A stretch of DNA of 64,000 nt from the human T2T-CHM13v2.0 reference genome, Homo sapiens, in NCBI RefSeq assembly GCF_009914755.1, contig NC_060938.1. The stretch is one strand, 5' to 3'. Below, one piece after another: positions 34,180 through 48,999 of this stretch; the first letter of the stretch is position 1; the number at the start of each line of letters is the position of its first letter. The notes below the pieces were generated by a model. That model did not search any database and had not been told where the DNA came from. It worked only from the letters and a program-made list of their open reading frames with translations. The position numbers and the translations under genes were made by a program.

Positions 34180-37100
34180 AGACAGTGACATTATCAAGAT
34201 GGTGGAATAGGGGGTCCCTACTTTTATATTCCCCTGCAGGAATCAAAACTAGTCAGCCATCCATCAACCAAAGTAACTTTATGAGAGAGCCAGGCACAGT
34301 GGCTTATGATAGTAATCTCCTCCATTCAGGAGCCTGAGGCAGGAGGACTGCTTCAGGCCAGGAGTTCAAGAACAGTCTGGGCAATATAGTGAGCTTTGGG
34401 ATAGAGGGCATTATGAAACCTTGCTAAAACCCAAGACCGAGAAGAGTCATTTTGAGAAGGCAGGCCCTTTGGTTAATAAGATGTCGTATTGCTCTCTCCC
34501 TCTCCCTCTCCCTCTCCCTCTCTCTCTCCTCACGGTCTCCCTCTCCCTCTCCCTCTCCCCATGGTCTCCTTCTCCCTCTCTTTCCACGGTCTCCCTCTGA
34601 TGCTGAGCCAAAGCTGGACTGTACTGCCACCATCTCGGCTCACTGCAACCTCCCTGCCTGATTCTCCTGCCTCAGCCTGCCCAGTGCCTGGGATTGCAGG
34701 CGCGCGCTGTCACACCTGACTGGTTTTCGTATTTTCTTGGTGGAGACGGGGTTTTGCTCTGTTGGCCGGGCTGGTCTCCAACTCCTAATCGCGAGTGATC
34801 TGCCAGCCTCAGCCTCCCTATGTGCCGGGATTGCAGACGGAGTCTCGTTCACTCAGTGCTCAATGTTGCCCAGGCTGGAGTGCAGTGGTGTGATCTCGGC
34901 TCACTACAACCTCCATCTCCCAGCTACCTGCCTTGGCCTTCCAAAGTGCCAAGATTGCAGCCTCTGCCCAGCCACCACCCTGTCTGGGAAGTGAGGAGTG
35001 TCTCTGCCTGGCCGCCCATCGTCTGGGATGTGAGGAGCCCCTCTGCCTGGCTGACCAGTCCGGGAAGTGAGGAGCGCCTCTTCCCGGCTGCCATCCTGTC
35101 TAGGAAGTGAGGAGCTCTCTGCCCAGCCACCCATCATCTGGGATGTGGGGAACGCCTCTGCCCCACCGCCCCATCTGGGATATGAGGAGTGCCTCTGTCT
35201 GGCCGTGACCCCGTCTGGGAGGTGAGGATCGTCTCTGCCCGGCCGCCCCATCTGAGAAGTGAGGCGCCCCTCCACCCGGCAGCCGCTCCGTCTGAGAAGT
35301 GAGGAGCCCCTCCGCCAAGCAGCTGCCCCTCTCTGGGAAGTGAGGAGTCCCTCTGCTTGGCAGCTGCCCCATCTGGGAGGAGAGGAGCGTCTCCACCCGG
35401 CAGCTGCCCTGTCCGGGAGGTGGGGGCAGCCCCTGCCTGGCCAGCCGCCCAGTCCGGGAGGGAGGTGGGGGGCAGCCCCTGCCCGGCCAGCTACCCCGTC
35501 CGGGAGGGAGGTGGGGTGCAGCCCCCACCCGGACAGCTGCCCCGTCCGGGAGTGGGGGACAGCCCCCACCCGGCCGGCCGCTGCCCCGTCCAGGAGGTGG
35601 GGGGCGCCTCTGCCCAGCCACCCCTTCTAGGAAGTGAGGAGCCCCTCTGCCCGGCCACCTGTACCCAATAGCTCATTGAGAGCGGGCCATGATGACGATG
35701 ACGGTTTTGTTGAGTAGAGTGGGGGGAACTGTGGGGAGGGGATGGAGAGGTCGGATTGTTGCTGTGTCTGTGTAGAGGGAAGTAGACATAGGAGACTCCA
35801 TTTTGTTCTGTACTAAGAAAAATTTTCTGCCTTGGGATGCTGTTAATCTATAACCTTACCCCCAATCCCGTGCTCTCTGAAACATGTGCTGTGTCCACTC
35901 AGGGTTAAATGGATTAAAGGCGGTGCAAGACGTGCTTTGTTAAACAGATGCTTGAAGGCAGCATGCTCATTAAGAGTCATCACCACTCCCTAATCTGAAG
36001 TACCCAGGGACACAAACACTGCGGAAGGCCACAGGGTCCTCTGCCTAGGAAAACCAGAGATCCTTGTTCACTTGTTTATCTGCTGACCTTCCTTCCAATA
36101 TTGTCCTGTGACCCTGCCAAATCCCCGTCTGCAAGAAACACCCAAGAATGATCAATAAATACTAAAAAAAAAATTAAAAATAAAAGAATAAAATTCAAGA
36201 GGGAGAAGATTAAAAAAAAGAAACCCTGTCTCTACTAAAAATTAAAAAAATAATAATAATAAGATGTTGTATTATCCAAAGCAATCTGTAAGTTAACTCA
36301 AATCCCTATCATAATTCCTGTCCCACTTTTTATAGTAATAGAAAATGCAAGCCTACAATGTAGGCTGAATGGCCAAACCAATCATGAAGAATAAGAAAAA
36401 AGCTGGGGACATCATACTTGTGACCCAACAAAACAGCTCAAAAGTCACTGTTTGACGATAACCTGGGGACATCCTGCTAGGTACTCAGTGGGAGCCACAC
36501 TCACCCACACATCTGCTATTAGGTCCAGCATACAGCAGAACACTGCCCTAGTGCCTGCTCCACAGAAAAAAGCCCTGAAGACAATCCAGCCTACCCAAAA
36601 AAATGACAGAACACACAACCACACGTGCTCCTGGTAACAAGCCCACTAAAGGTAAAACCCACTCCAGTTTCGGCAGCCACCTTGTGACCCAGCTGCAAGC
36701 CTTTTTACTGCAAACCCAGTAAAGATCTCATCAGCCTTGAGACCCAATAGATTAAGATCTTTGCCTACTAAAGCCAGTTTATAAAAATGAAAAGAGGTGT
36801 TTGCTCCTTCAAATGCACAAACACCAATGCAAGCCTATATTATGCCCATTCTAATGGTTCCATTTTAACATAGAACCGGAAGTCCTACATAGAATAACTA
36901 AGTCCTACGTCAAATAATTAAGCAAGAAAATCTAAAAGATCCAAATTGAAAAGAAGAAAAAAAGTCAGTGTTGGTAGATGACATAATTTTATATGTAAAA
37001 AACATAAATAGTACATTTAAATAGTGCATTTAAACTTATAAATGCACTCAGTAAAGCAGCAGAATATACAATTAACATACAAGTATCAGTTTTGTTTCTA

Positions 37101-38945
37101 TATACTAGCAACAAACCAGTAAAAAAGAAAAAATGCCATTTACAATAGCAACAAAATAATAGATTTCTTAGTAATAAATTTAACCAATGTGGTGAAAGAT
37201 TTTTACAATAAAAAATAAAAGATATTGATAAAAAATTAAAGAAGATATAAATAAATGTAAATATATTACATGTTTATGGATTAGAAGAATATGGTCTAAG
37301 TGCCATATTATCCAAAGCAATCTGGAGATTAATTCAACTTCCTATCAAAATTCCTGTGCCACTTTTTACAGTAATAGAAAATAAAGTCTACAATATATAT
37401 AAAACTATAAGAAATATTGAATGGCCAAAGCAATAATGAGGAATAAAACGAAATCTGGGGACATTATACTTTGTTATTTAAAACTACATTTCAAGACTCA
37501 GTAAACATAATAGAATGGTATGTTTATAGGAACAAACACAAAAACCAATGGAACAGAATACAGAGCCCAGAAGTAAATCTATGCACCTAAAGTTAATCTT
37601 TGACAAGGGAACTATGAATACACAATACAAAAAGTGTAGCCTTTTCAATACTTGGTGCTGGGAAAACTGGATACTCGCAAGCACAATAATAAAATTTGAT
37701 CATATTTCTTATGCCAGACACAAAAATTGACTTAAATTTAATACATAAATCCTTAAAATAAAATCTTTAAAAAAGCATATGAAATGCCTCCATGATACTG
37801 GCCTTGGCAATGATTTTTAAAATATGATATCAGAAGTATAGCAATAAAACCAAACATAAAGTTGTAGTGTATCAAACTATTGTGCACAGCAAAAGATAAG
37901 AGAACCTTTAAGATGGGATAAAATATTTGCAAACCATATATGATAAGAGGTTAGTGTTCAAAATATAGCAGAAACTAATACAAATCAGAAGCAAAATATT
38001 AATAATACCCAACTAAAAAATAGGCAAAAGACTAAATATTTTTAGCAAACATATTCAAATGGCCAACAGGTGTGTAGAAAGATGCTAAACATTACCATTC
38101 ATCAGAAAATTGCAAATCAAAATCATGAGACAGCACTTTACAACAGTTAGAATGGCTAATATCAAAAAGAAGAAATATGGCAAGTGTTAACAAGGTTATG
38201 GGGAAATATTTCCGTACAGTCTTAATGAGTTGTAAACTGGAAGAGTCATTATGAAGATTAGCATGGAGGTTATTTAAAAAAAAAAGAACTATTGTACAAT
38301 CCAGGAATTCCACTTCTATCTATAAACAAAAAAAATCAGTGTCTCAAAGAGATGTCTGCACCCCTGTATTCAATGCAGCATTATTCACAACTGTCAAGGA
38401 TATTTTTTAAAAGATTTATCTGTAGATGCTGAATGGATAAGGAAAACGTGATATAAATAGACAACCGAATATTATTCACCCATAAAAAGGAATGAAATTC
38501 TGCTATTTCAACAACATGAATGGAACTGGGTACATTATGCTAAGCAAAATAAGCCGGACACAGAAAGACAGACACTGTATGTTCTCACTTAAATGGAGAA
38601 TTTAAAAAGGCTGAACTCATGGAAGCAGAGAGTACAATGGTAATGACCAGGTCTGGAGGTAGAAAAAATGATAAGGTGTTCAAAGAGTACAAACTTCCAA
38701 TTATAAGATAAGTAAGTTTTGGGGATCTAATGTATAGCCTTAAAATGCAGTTAATAACTGTGTTTTGTATGCTTAAAATTTGCTACAACAGTAGGAGACC
38801 TCATGTGCTCTCACTGCAAAAAACATAACCATGTGAGATGACATGAATGTTCAACTTAATTGTATTAAACATTTTACAATATATATCTATCAAATTATTA
38901 TAATGTACACAATATATAATTATGCAATTTTTATTGGTCAAAAAA
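34180..38945 (+). mobile_element. Old L1MA-like element (5' UTR pieces, deleted ORF2, 3' end) interrupted by an Alu monomer (34290-34395) and an SVA
   Basis: caagatggtggaatagg 5' motif, ORF2 motifs (FNTWCWENW, ORF 37548-37730), L1M 3' end near 38900. Confidence 0.78.
34491..36256 (+). mobile_element. Full-length SVA (older B/C-like) with 3' extension
   Basis: (CCCTCT)n 34491-34560; antisense Alu-like domain to ~34960; GC-rich VNTR to ~35660; SINE-R to aataaa/poly(A) at ~36154-36180; 17-bp TSD taataagatgt(c/t)gtatt at 34474-34490 and 36257-36273. Confidence 0.97.
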
Positions 38946-38949
38946 TTAA

Positions 38950-39072
38950 TGTTATATACACATGCATATATACACATGTGTGTATATGCACATATATAAA
39001 ACATATACATATATATCAATTACATATGTTATGTATATACTTGTGTGTGTATATATATATACACATACATAT
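38950..39072. repeat. (TA/CA/TG)n low-complexity tract
   Basis: Alternating purine-pyrimidine run. Confidence 0.9.
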
Positions 39073-39896
39073 CAATGACACAATCCTAGTAAGCTTCAAA
39101 CTAAACAAGAGAAAATTATAAAATGATAACTATTTAAAAATCAGGAAAGAAATGGGAATTTAATACATGCTCAGCAATGTTCTAAGTTCCTCAATGGCAA
39201 AGTACATGTTTTAAATGTAGAAAGTAGATACGTTAAACCATATTACAGTTTAGGAATTATGGCACAGGGTGGTTACAGTATTAGCCTCAATACATACCAA
39301 AAACCTTAAAATTTTGAAGTAAAATAACATTAGGTTTTATTATATGGGGCAGATGATGCTTAGTGTTCTGATAAAATTATTGAGTATGAATTTCTGTAGA
39401 ATCACATTTGAAACCTTCATAGGATATCAAATTATACAGCAGAAAACATACGACATCTGGATGTGGTGTTTCTGGGATTTCTAAACCAAATCCCAATATC
39501 TCCACTACTCTCACATGTTTTAGACAAGACTTAAAATGGAAAATAGAAAATGTTCAACATAGAATTCCTTAAAAATCACGGAAGGCCCCATGTCCTCAAA
39601 AGGAATATAAGAGCAAGCAGCCAGGTCCTCCAGTCCCTTGTAAGCCATACAAAAGGCTTTGATTTTCCTTGTAACCTAGAAGAATAATCGTTGAAGGGGA
39701 AGTCCAGTCCTAGAGAATTGAAGAGCATGGGGCAGAAGATGTCTGTCTCTATATGAGAGCAAGAGAAAGAAACCAGGGCTTCTCAGAAACGATTTCCATT
39801 GGAGCATAGATTCGCAAACCACACTTTAAGATCTGGCTTTCTCCTTGAACTTTGGACATCTCATCTGTGTCATCTGCTTTATTCACTCCCACCTAT

Positions 39897-39996
39897 TTGG
39901 ATGTTTGGCTACTATCTCCTGTCTCCTCACACTCTGGGGCTTTTTATTTTTCTCAATGTAGGTGATCAGGTTTAGCTTAGAAAACAGCCAAGGACT
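39897..39996 (-). pseudogene. Orphan KRAB-b exon of a ZNF91-subfamily KRAB zinc-finger pseudogene
   Basis: Reverse translation SKLNLITYIEKNKKPQSVRRQEIVAKHP versus family pattern SKPDLITCLEQxKEPWNxKRxEMVAKHP; acceptor ..aatacag present, donor gtaggt mutated to ataggt; flanks (39.1-40.5 kb) resemble ZNF91-family introns. Confidence 0.8.
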
Positions 39997-40212
39997 CTGT
40001 ATTAGAAAAAGTAATATGACTTCTGCTGTGATTTACCAATTATTACTTAGTACTGTGCTCAGTGGAAATAACAGAACAGTATAAAGGAGTCTAAAAATTT
40101 AATACAAAATACTGTTTCTTCAGAGAAACGTTATGATATTTAAAAACTTTTCTAAATTTGTGGGTCCTTAGCTCCACAACCCTGTGCTGCTTAATCAAAA
40201 CTTGGTGGTGGT

Positions 40213-40330
40213 TGGCTGGGCATTGTGGCCCACACATCTGATCCCAGCACTTTGAGAGGCCAAGGCAGGCAAATCACTTAAGCCCAGGAGTTTGAGGCCA
40301 GCCTGGGCAACACGGCAAGACCTAATCTAT
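40213..40330 (+). mobile_element. Alu monomer (FLAM/AluJ left arm)
   Basis: ggctgggcattgtggccc...gcctgggcaacacggcaagacc. Confidence 0.85.
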
Positions 40331-40509
40331 GGAGTTGGGGGCGGGAGGAGAGGGGGAAAGGTGGTGGTAATGGGAGGTGGTAATGTGATTATAAAGTGTG
40401 GGCAACCATATTTTGTGCCTCTAAATTTGTGGAGTTATCACTAATCTAAAATTAAGGATACAGATCACCTGAAGAAAGAAAAACATTTATGTCGAGATGA
40501 AACCTCTTC

Positions 40510-42300
40510 GTGGGGGTCTGCAGCTGTAATACCCCCAGGCAGCAGCATCCCACCTCTTCCGCCTGGCTGCAGCCCCACTAGGAGCCAGGCTCCAGCTGGG
40601 GCGCTGCGGCAGGTACTGGACCCCGACGGTGCAGGGGTAGGTTTCCTGCCGTCCCGGGGTGTCTTACCGCTCTCCGGACGCCCAGGCAATTCATTCATTA
40701 AGAGCCGCTGCAACCGTCCAAGCCGGGGGCAGGGGCAGCGTGTCCCACAGACACCAGCCAAGACCTCCGCTCCAGAACCTGTGGGCTGCTTTCCCCGGGA
40801 GAAGGACATTGCCTTCACCAGCCACGAGGAAATCCGTCCTTGTGAACTTTGGCACCGACTTCAGGTAAACTCCAATCCCAAGGACAAGAAAGAGACCCAG
40901 GCCTCACCCCATGGACACGCTCAGTGTCACAGCTCCCACCAGACGGATGGGCGCACTCTACAAATCTCGGGCCCACCACACCAAGGAGACAGAATGAAGC
41001 CAGCGAAGGGGTGGCCTGCCCCTCCACAGCTGTGGGTATTTCTAGTCGGTTGGGATGAGAGACTAAGAAAAGAAATAAGACACAGAGACAAAGTATAGAG
41101 AAACAACAGTGGGCCCAGGGGACCGACACTCAGCACACCAAGGACCTGCACAGGCACTGGCCTCTGAGTTCCCTCAGTTTTTACTGATTATTATTTTCAT
41201 TATTTCAGCAAAAAGGAATGTAGTAGGAGAGCAGGGTGATAATAAGCAGAAGGTCAGCAAAAAACATGTGAGCAAAGGAATCTATGTCATAATTAAGTTC
41301 AAGGGAAGATACTATGCCCAGATGTGCACGTAGGCCAGATTTATGTTTCTCCCAAACATCTCAGTGGAGTAAAGAATAACAAGGCAGCATTACTGCAAAC
41401 ATGTCTCACCTCCCACCATAGGGCGGTTTTTCTCCTATCTCAGAATTCAACAAATGTACAATCGGGTTTTATACCAAGACATTCAGTCCCCAGGGGCAGG
41501 CAGGAGACAGTGGACTTCCTCTATCTCAACTGCAAGAGGCTTTCCTCTTTTACGAATCCACCTCAGCACAGACCCTTTATAGGTGTCGGGCTGGGGGACA
41601 GTCAGGTCTTTCTCATCCCACGAGGGCATATTTCAGACTATCACATGGGGAGAAACCTTGGACAATACCCCGCTTTCAAGGACAGAGGTCCCTGCGGCTT
41701 TCAACAGTGCATTGTGCCCCTGGTTTATTGAGACTAAAGAATGGCGATGACTTTTACCAAGTACGCTGCTTGTAAACATTTTTTTAACAAGGCACGTCCT
41801 GCACAGCCCTAGATCCCTTAAACGTTGATTCCATACAATGCATATTTTTGTGAGCTCAGGTTGGGTCAAAGTGGCTGGGGCAAAGCTACAAATTAGAAAC
41901 ATCTCAGCAAAGCAATTGTTTAAAGTACAGGTCTTTTTCAAGATGGAGTCTCTTATGTCTTCCCTTTCTACATAGACACAGTAACAGTTTGATCTCGCTT
42001 TCTTTTCCCTACAGCCAGCAAAGGAAGGGTCCTATGAAACGCACCCACAAAGCAACCAACCAATCCAAGGAAAAACACATCTCAGGGCCGCATTGGTTTT
42101 CCCTCATGGGGGGCCCTGAACCCCTGTTCTAGCCGGGCCCAAGCACCCTCCACCCCACCCCGGCCTGCTCAAAGTGTCCCTGTCTACCTGAGCAGAGCCT
42201 CCCTCTCTAAGGCTCTGTCTTTCTCGCTCTACAGCTCTACAACTCCCTCACACTCTCCATTTCTTTACTTCCCCCTCCACCTCTCGCTCCTCTCTCTCCC
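40510..42300. other. Probable degenerate 5S rDNA intergenic-spacer sequence (no 5S coding unit), split by LTR5
   Basis: Motifs such as ggcagcagcatcccac, ctgccgtcccggggtgtctt, ggcaattcattca and gggctgctttccccgggagaaggacattgccttc match my recollection of the human 5S repeat spacer; not verified by alignment. Confidence 0.55.
41005..42013 (-). mobile_element. HERV-K(HML-2) solo LTR, LTR5B/A-like
   Basis: ~1 kb; reverse strand starts tgtagggaaaagaaag and ends gaggggcaggccaccccttc; TSD gccagc at 40999-41004 and 42014-42019. Confidence 0.95.
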
Positions 42301-42379
42301 TCTCCTTCCTCCCTCTCTCTCTCTACTTCCCCCTCAACCTCCCACTCTTCTCTCTCTCTCTGTTTCTATCTCTCCATCC

Positions 42380-43635
42380 CGGTCTCCCCAGATCTCTTTC
42401 AAGCTGTGTCTTGGAAACTGGAAAGGAGAGCAAAGACATGAGGCTGCTTTTCCACACTTCTCTGGAGGTTTCTGTGTCCCTACAGGGCTCGGGAAACAAA
42501 CAGTCAACATGGTCACACTTTCGAGGGCTGGAGACACGGGAGCAACAGGCCCCCTTGCAGAAGGCAAACAAACGTGGAACCCGAAACCATCCTTCAGTCG
42601 TCCTGAGTGTGACTCCTGTGTGGACGGGACTATCCACCTCGCGCTCTGTTGCAGGCTCAACGTGGGGATATGTCATCTGTGAACCATGTGGATGAATAAC
42701 GGACAATCACCTGAGTCTCGGCTCATTGCTCTCTGGGTAATTCGCTCATTCCCTGGGAGACAGAATTCGTCTGAGTTGCTCCAGGATGAAGTGACCCAGG
42801 CTGGTGATCCGGAGGGCTGGTGAGCGCCCCGCAGGCTGACGCGGCTGTGGGCCAAGCACTTAGCCTGCACTGGACACCCAACATTTCCCCAGAGTGCGAG
42901 GTCCTGCTGGTCCTGGAGGCAGAAGACCGCTTTTCTCTCTGCCTTCCTTTCTCTGTCCCTTGCTCCCTCCCTCCCTCTTACCCTCCTTCCCTCCTTCGGT
43001 TCCTCCCTCCCTCCCTCCTTCTATCCCTTCATCCCTTCCAAGGTCCCTCCGTCTATCCATTCCTTCTTCCCTCCATCGCTCCCTCTCTGTCTCCGTTCCT
43101 CTCCCCATCTCTGCCTGAGTTCCCTCCTGCATAGAAAGGGCACCACCCCGGTTTGCGAGGAGTCTCCGGTCTGCATTTAGCTGTCAGGAGCTCCACGGTG
43201 ATGGCCAGGAAGCTGGCGGGGCAAGGATAGGCAAGTGACGGTGGGGCAGGGAGGCAGAGGTGGCCAGACGCTGTCCAGCCGCTCTCCGGGCCAGTGTTTC
43301 CTGTGATAGAGGTCTCCGCCCACCCCAATGAAGAAAGCAGGTGGGTGGGGGAAGAAGGGATGAGAGCTCTACCGGGGCTGGTTGAAAACCTAGGCTGCTG
43401 TCTGCAAACCCACGCATGAGCAGTAGACAGTCCACATCCCAGTACCTGGGCAGGCTCTGGGATCCCCGAGATGCTTAGGAAAGAATGACAGCCCTCCTCT
43501 GCGTGGAGTCTCTCGCTGGACCTGGAACTCAGGGATCCTAGACAGGTCAGCTGGAAGGGAAGACACACCTCTCCATGCCAAGCCTGAGGTTCACAGCGAA
43601 AGAGAGGCCGCTGCCCTGTCCCCACCCTGCCCCAA
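42380..43635 (-). repeat. D4Z4-like non-coding repeat sequence downstream of DUX4-like relic, with CT-rich tracts
   Basis: Contiguous with DUX4-like 3' end; (GGAG/CCTC)-rich tract 42930-43110; D4Z4-like motifs (recalled); CpG-decayed. Confidence 0.65.
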
Positions 43636-44392
43636 CCTGCTCCTCCAGCAGAGCCTGGTGTTCTTCCTGGCTGAGGAGTGGTTCCAGCAAAGTGGGCTCT
43701 TCCATGTCCTTCAGCTCCCCCAGTGGCGCCGGATCTAGGAAACGTTGTGCCTTTTGCTGAAACTCTGGGGTCTACAGGAGCTCATTTAATAGGCTGGAGG
43801 TGAGTGCAGAGGAGTACCCCAGCTCCTGGAGCAGTTGGGAGGCGCCTGGATGGCTGGCATCTGTGCTTGACATGGAGGCCTTTGGGATCACTAGCTCTGG
43901 AGGTGGAGGTGCCCCGTCTTCGGGTTCCCATGAAGCCCTGGCGACCTGGGGCTCCAGCCCCACCACGGACTCCGGTGGGACGTGGGTGGCGCAAGTGCAC
44001 CTTGCCTCTGTGACTCAGCTTGAGGGGGCCCAAGCTGTCCCACTGAGCACAGACCCAGCAGGCCTTCGCGCTGCAGGTCCTGGTCTTCCTGTCATTTGTT
44101 GGGGTGCGGAGGCCACCAGGGAGTCTGAGGGTGGGAGAGCCCCAGTTCCAGAAGAGCCAGGGCAGTGAACAAAAAGCCCCACATACCCGGGCATGTTGGG
44201 AGAGTACTTCTGCCTGCGCAGCCTGGCTGGGCTGGAGCAGGGGATGGCCCTTGCTGCCTGGCTCATGAAAGCCCCCTGTGGGAGAGCCCCAGGCATGCAG
44301 GGCATGTGGGGTGCGGGAAGCACCTTTCCCCATGCCCCAGTGTGGGTGAACTTGATAGAGGAGGGAGGAGGGTGACATCCACCAGGGGTGCT
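43636..44392 (-). pseudogene. DUX4L: DUX4-like pseudogene fragment (C-terminal ~60%, no homeodomains)
   Basis: Frames give [119 protein letters not shown], matching DUX4 [32 protein letters not shown] and [32 protein letters not shown]; frameshifts and TAG at 43772-43774. Confidence 0.93.
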
Positions 44393-46277
<1,885 letters not shown>

Positions 46278-46514
46278 GGTTTTTGGTTGTAACATTTGCC
46301 TTACTGCAGTGCTCTGGAACCAAACCCAGACTATCTCTGAGGTGTGCTTGTAGGTTTTCGGTTGTAACATTTGCCTTTTGGAGTGGTCTGGAACCAAACC
46401 CATACTATCTCTGCGGTGTGCTTGTAGGTTTTTGGTAGTAACATTTGCCTTATTGCAGTTGTCTGGAACCAAACCCACAATATCTCTGAGTATGCTTGTA
46501 GGTTTTTGGTTGTT

Positions 46515-46817
46515 CTTTGTTTTGAGATGTGGTTTCACTCTGTCGCCCAGGCCAGAGTGCAGTGGAATGATCATAGCTCACTGCAGCCTCAAACTGCTGG
46601 GTCAAGTGATTTTTCTGCCACAGCCTCCTGAGTAGCTGGGACTACAGGCATGCAGCACTATGCCTGGCTATTTTTTTTAATACCTTTTTTTTTTTTTTTG
46701 TAGAGATGGGGTCTCATTATGTTGCCCAGCTGGTTTTGAACTCCAGGGCTCAAGCAATCCAGCCACTTCAGCCTCCCAAAGTACAGCAATTACAGGCTTG
46801 AGCCACTGCACACAGCT
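46515..46817 (-). mobile_element. Alu (AluJ-like)
   Basis: Reverse Alu with J-type gctcaagcaatcc. Confidence 0.92.
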
Positions 46818-46842
46818 TGTCTGCAGTTCTTAAAACAAAAAC

Positions 46843-47705
<863 letters not shown>

Positions 47706-48999
47706 AAAAAATTAGGAAAATTAAAACATTACAATGTGTCATATAGTTTTCATATCACAAGACAGAAAAAGACATAATAAAAGAAACTATAGAAAACAAC
47801 AAGGATAGGAATAAAACATCAGTGATAGAAGGCAGAAGACAGAAACGTGGAGCCAAACACATTAATTTAGTTTAATCATTAGTTATACTCATTTATACTA
47901 ATTTAGATTGATTTAACATATTAATTTTGATTAAATGGCATTAAAGGAGGCTTGAGGAATTTCATGTCACATTCTGGATGAGAGGACTCAATAATATTAA
48001 CTCTTTAATTTGCTGTAAATCATTTAAAAATATGCTCAAATTCCAATAAAAATTCCAAGAAAAATATTTTGGAACAAGAACATGTGATTTTTAAATCCAT
48101 ATATTGAACACACACATGATGAGAGCCAATATTATAAAATTTACTATAAGATATTTAAGGTTATTATCACTATTCAAAATTAAAGAAATTTGAAATGGCA
48201 CAAAAATAAACACATTAATGAAAGAGAATTAAAAACACAGAAATTGAGTGTAATTTTATCTAGTAACAGGGTAACATTTTAAATCCACAAAACAGAGCGA
48301 TTATTCCATTTATGGTACTAAAATATTGGGTAATGATTTGAGAATATAAAATGATAGAATTGAATCATGGTCCCACACATTACATAAAAATTAATTCCAG
48401 TATTAAATGTAAAAAAAAAAGAGAGAGAAAAGAAAATTAGATGTGTGTGTATGTTTTATGACCTTGAGAATGAATGTCTTCTAAAATTAAAATTTCAAAC
48501 AGAAACCATATAAAAAGGAATAAACGTAACGTACCTAAAACGTAAATTTTTAAACATTTCAACACCAGGTGAAAAGCACGAAACAAACTGGGGGAATTTT
48601 TACAGCAATTATGTTACATTAAAGTTAAAATCCTTATGACATATACAATGTATAAAAGAGTATGATTACTGCTATTATTAATACCATTATGATTACCTGG
48701 TTTTCCCGCACACCAGTCCTCTTCTTGTGCCCTGTGGTGAAACAGAGCCCTCCCTCTCTGGTCACAGTGAAAGATACAGCAGGACCCTGTGCCTAAACCC
48801 ACAGAGGGTGTGAGCCAAGCAGGGACCTCACATTCCCTCCTGCAATGATGCAGAAACCCACTCACGACACAAATTTGGTCCCTCTCTGGAAAAGTTGTGT
48901 AATAATTATTGCAGAAACTTGTTTCTTATGTTCCCAGACACATGGAGGAAGCTGGTCTGGAAGACTGATGTCCACAAGCTAACAGAAGCAGTCACTCAT

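Noticed and set aside
34820-35676. GC-rich ORFs of 100-221 aa
   Set aside because: Translations of the SVA Alu-like and VNTR domains.
40510-42300. 5S rRNA gene
   Set aside because: No 5S coding sequence (gtctacggccatacc...) found on either strand; only spacer-like DNA.
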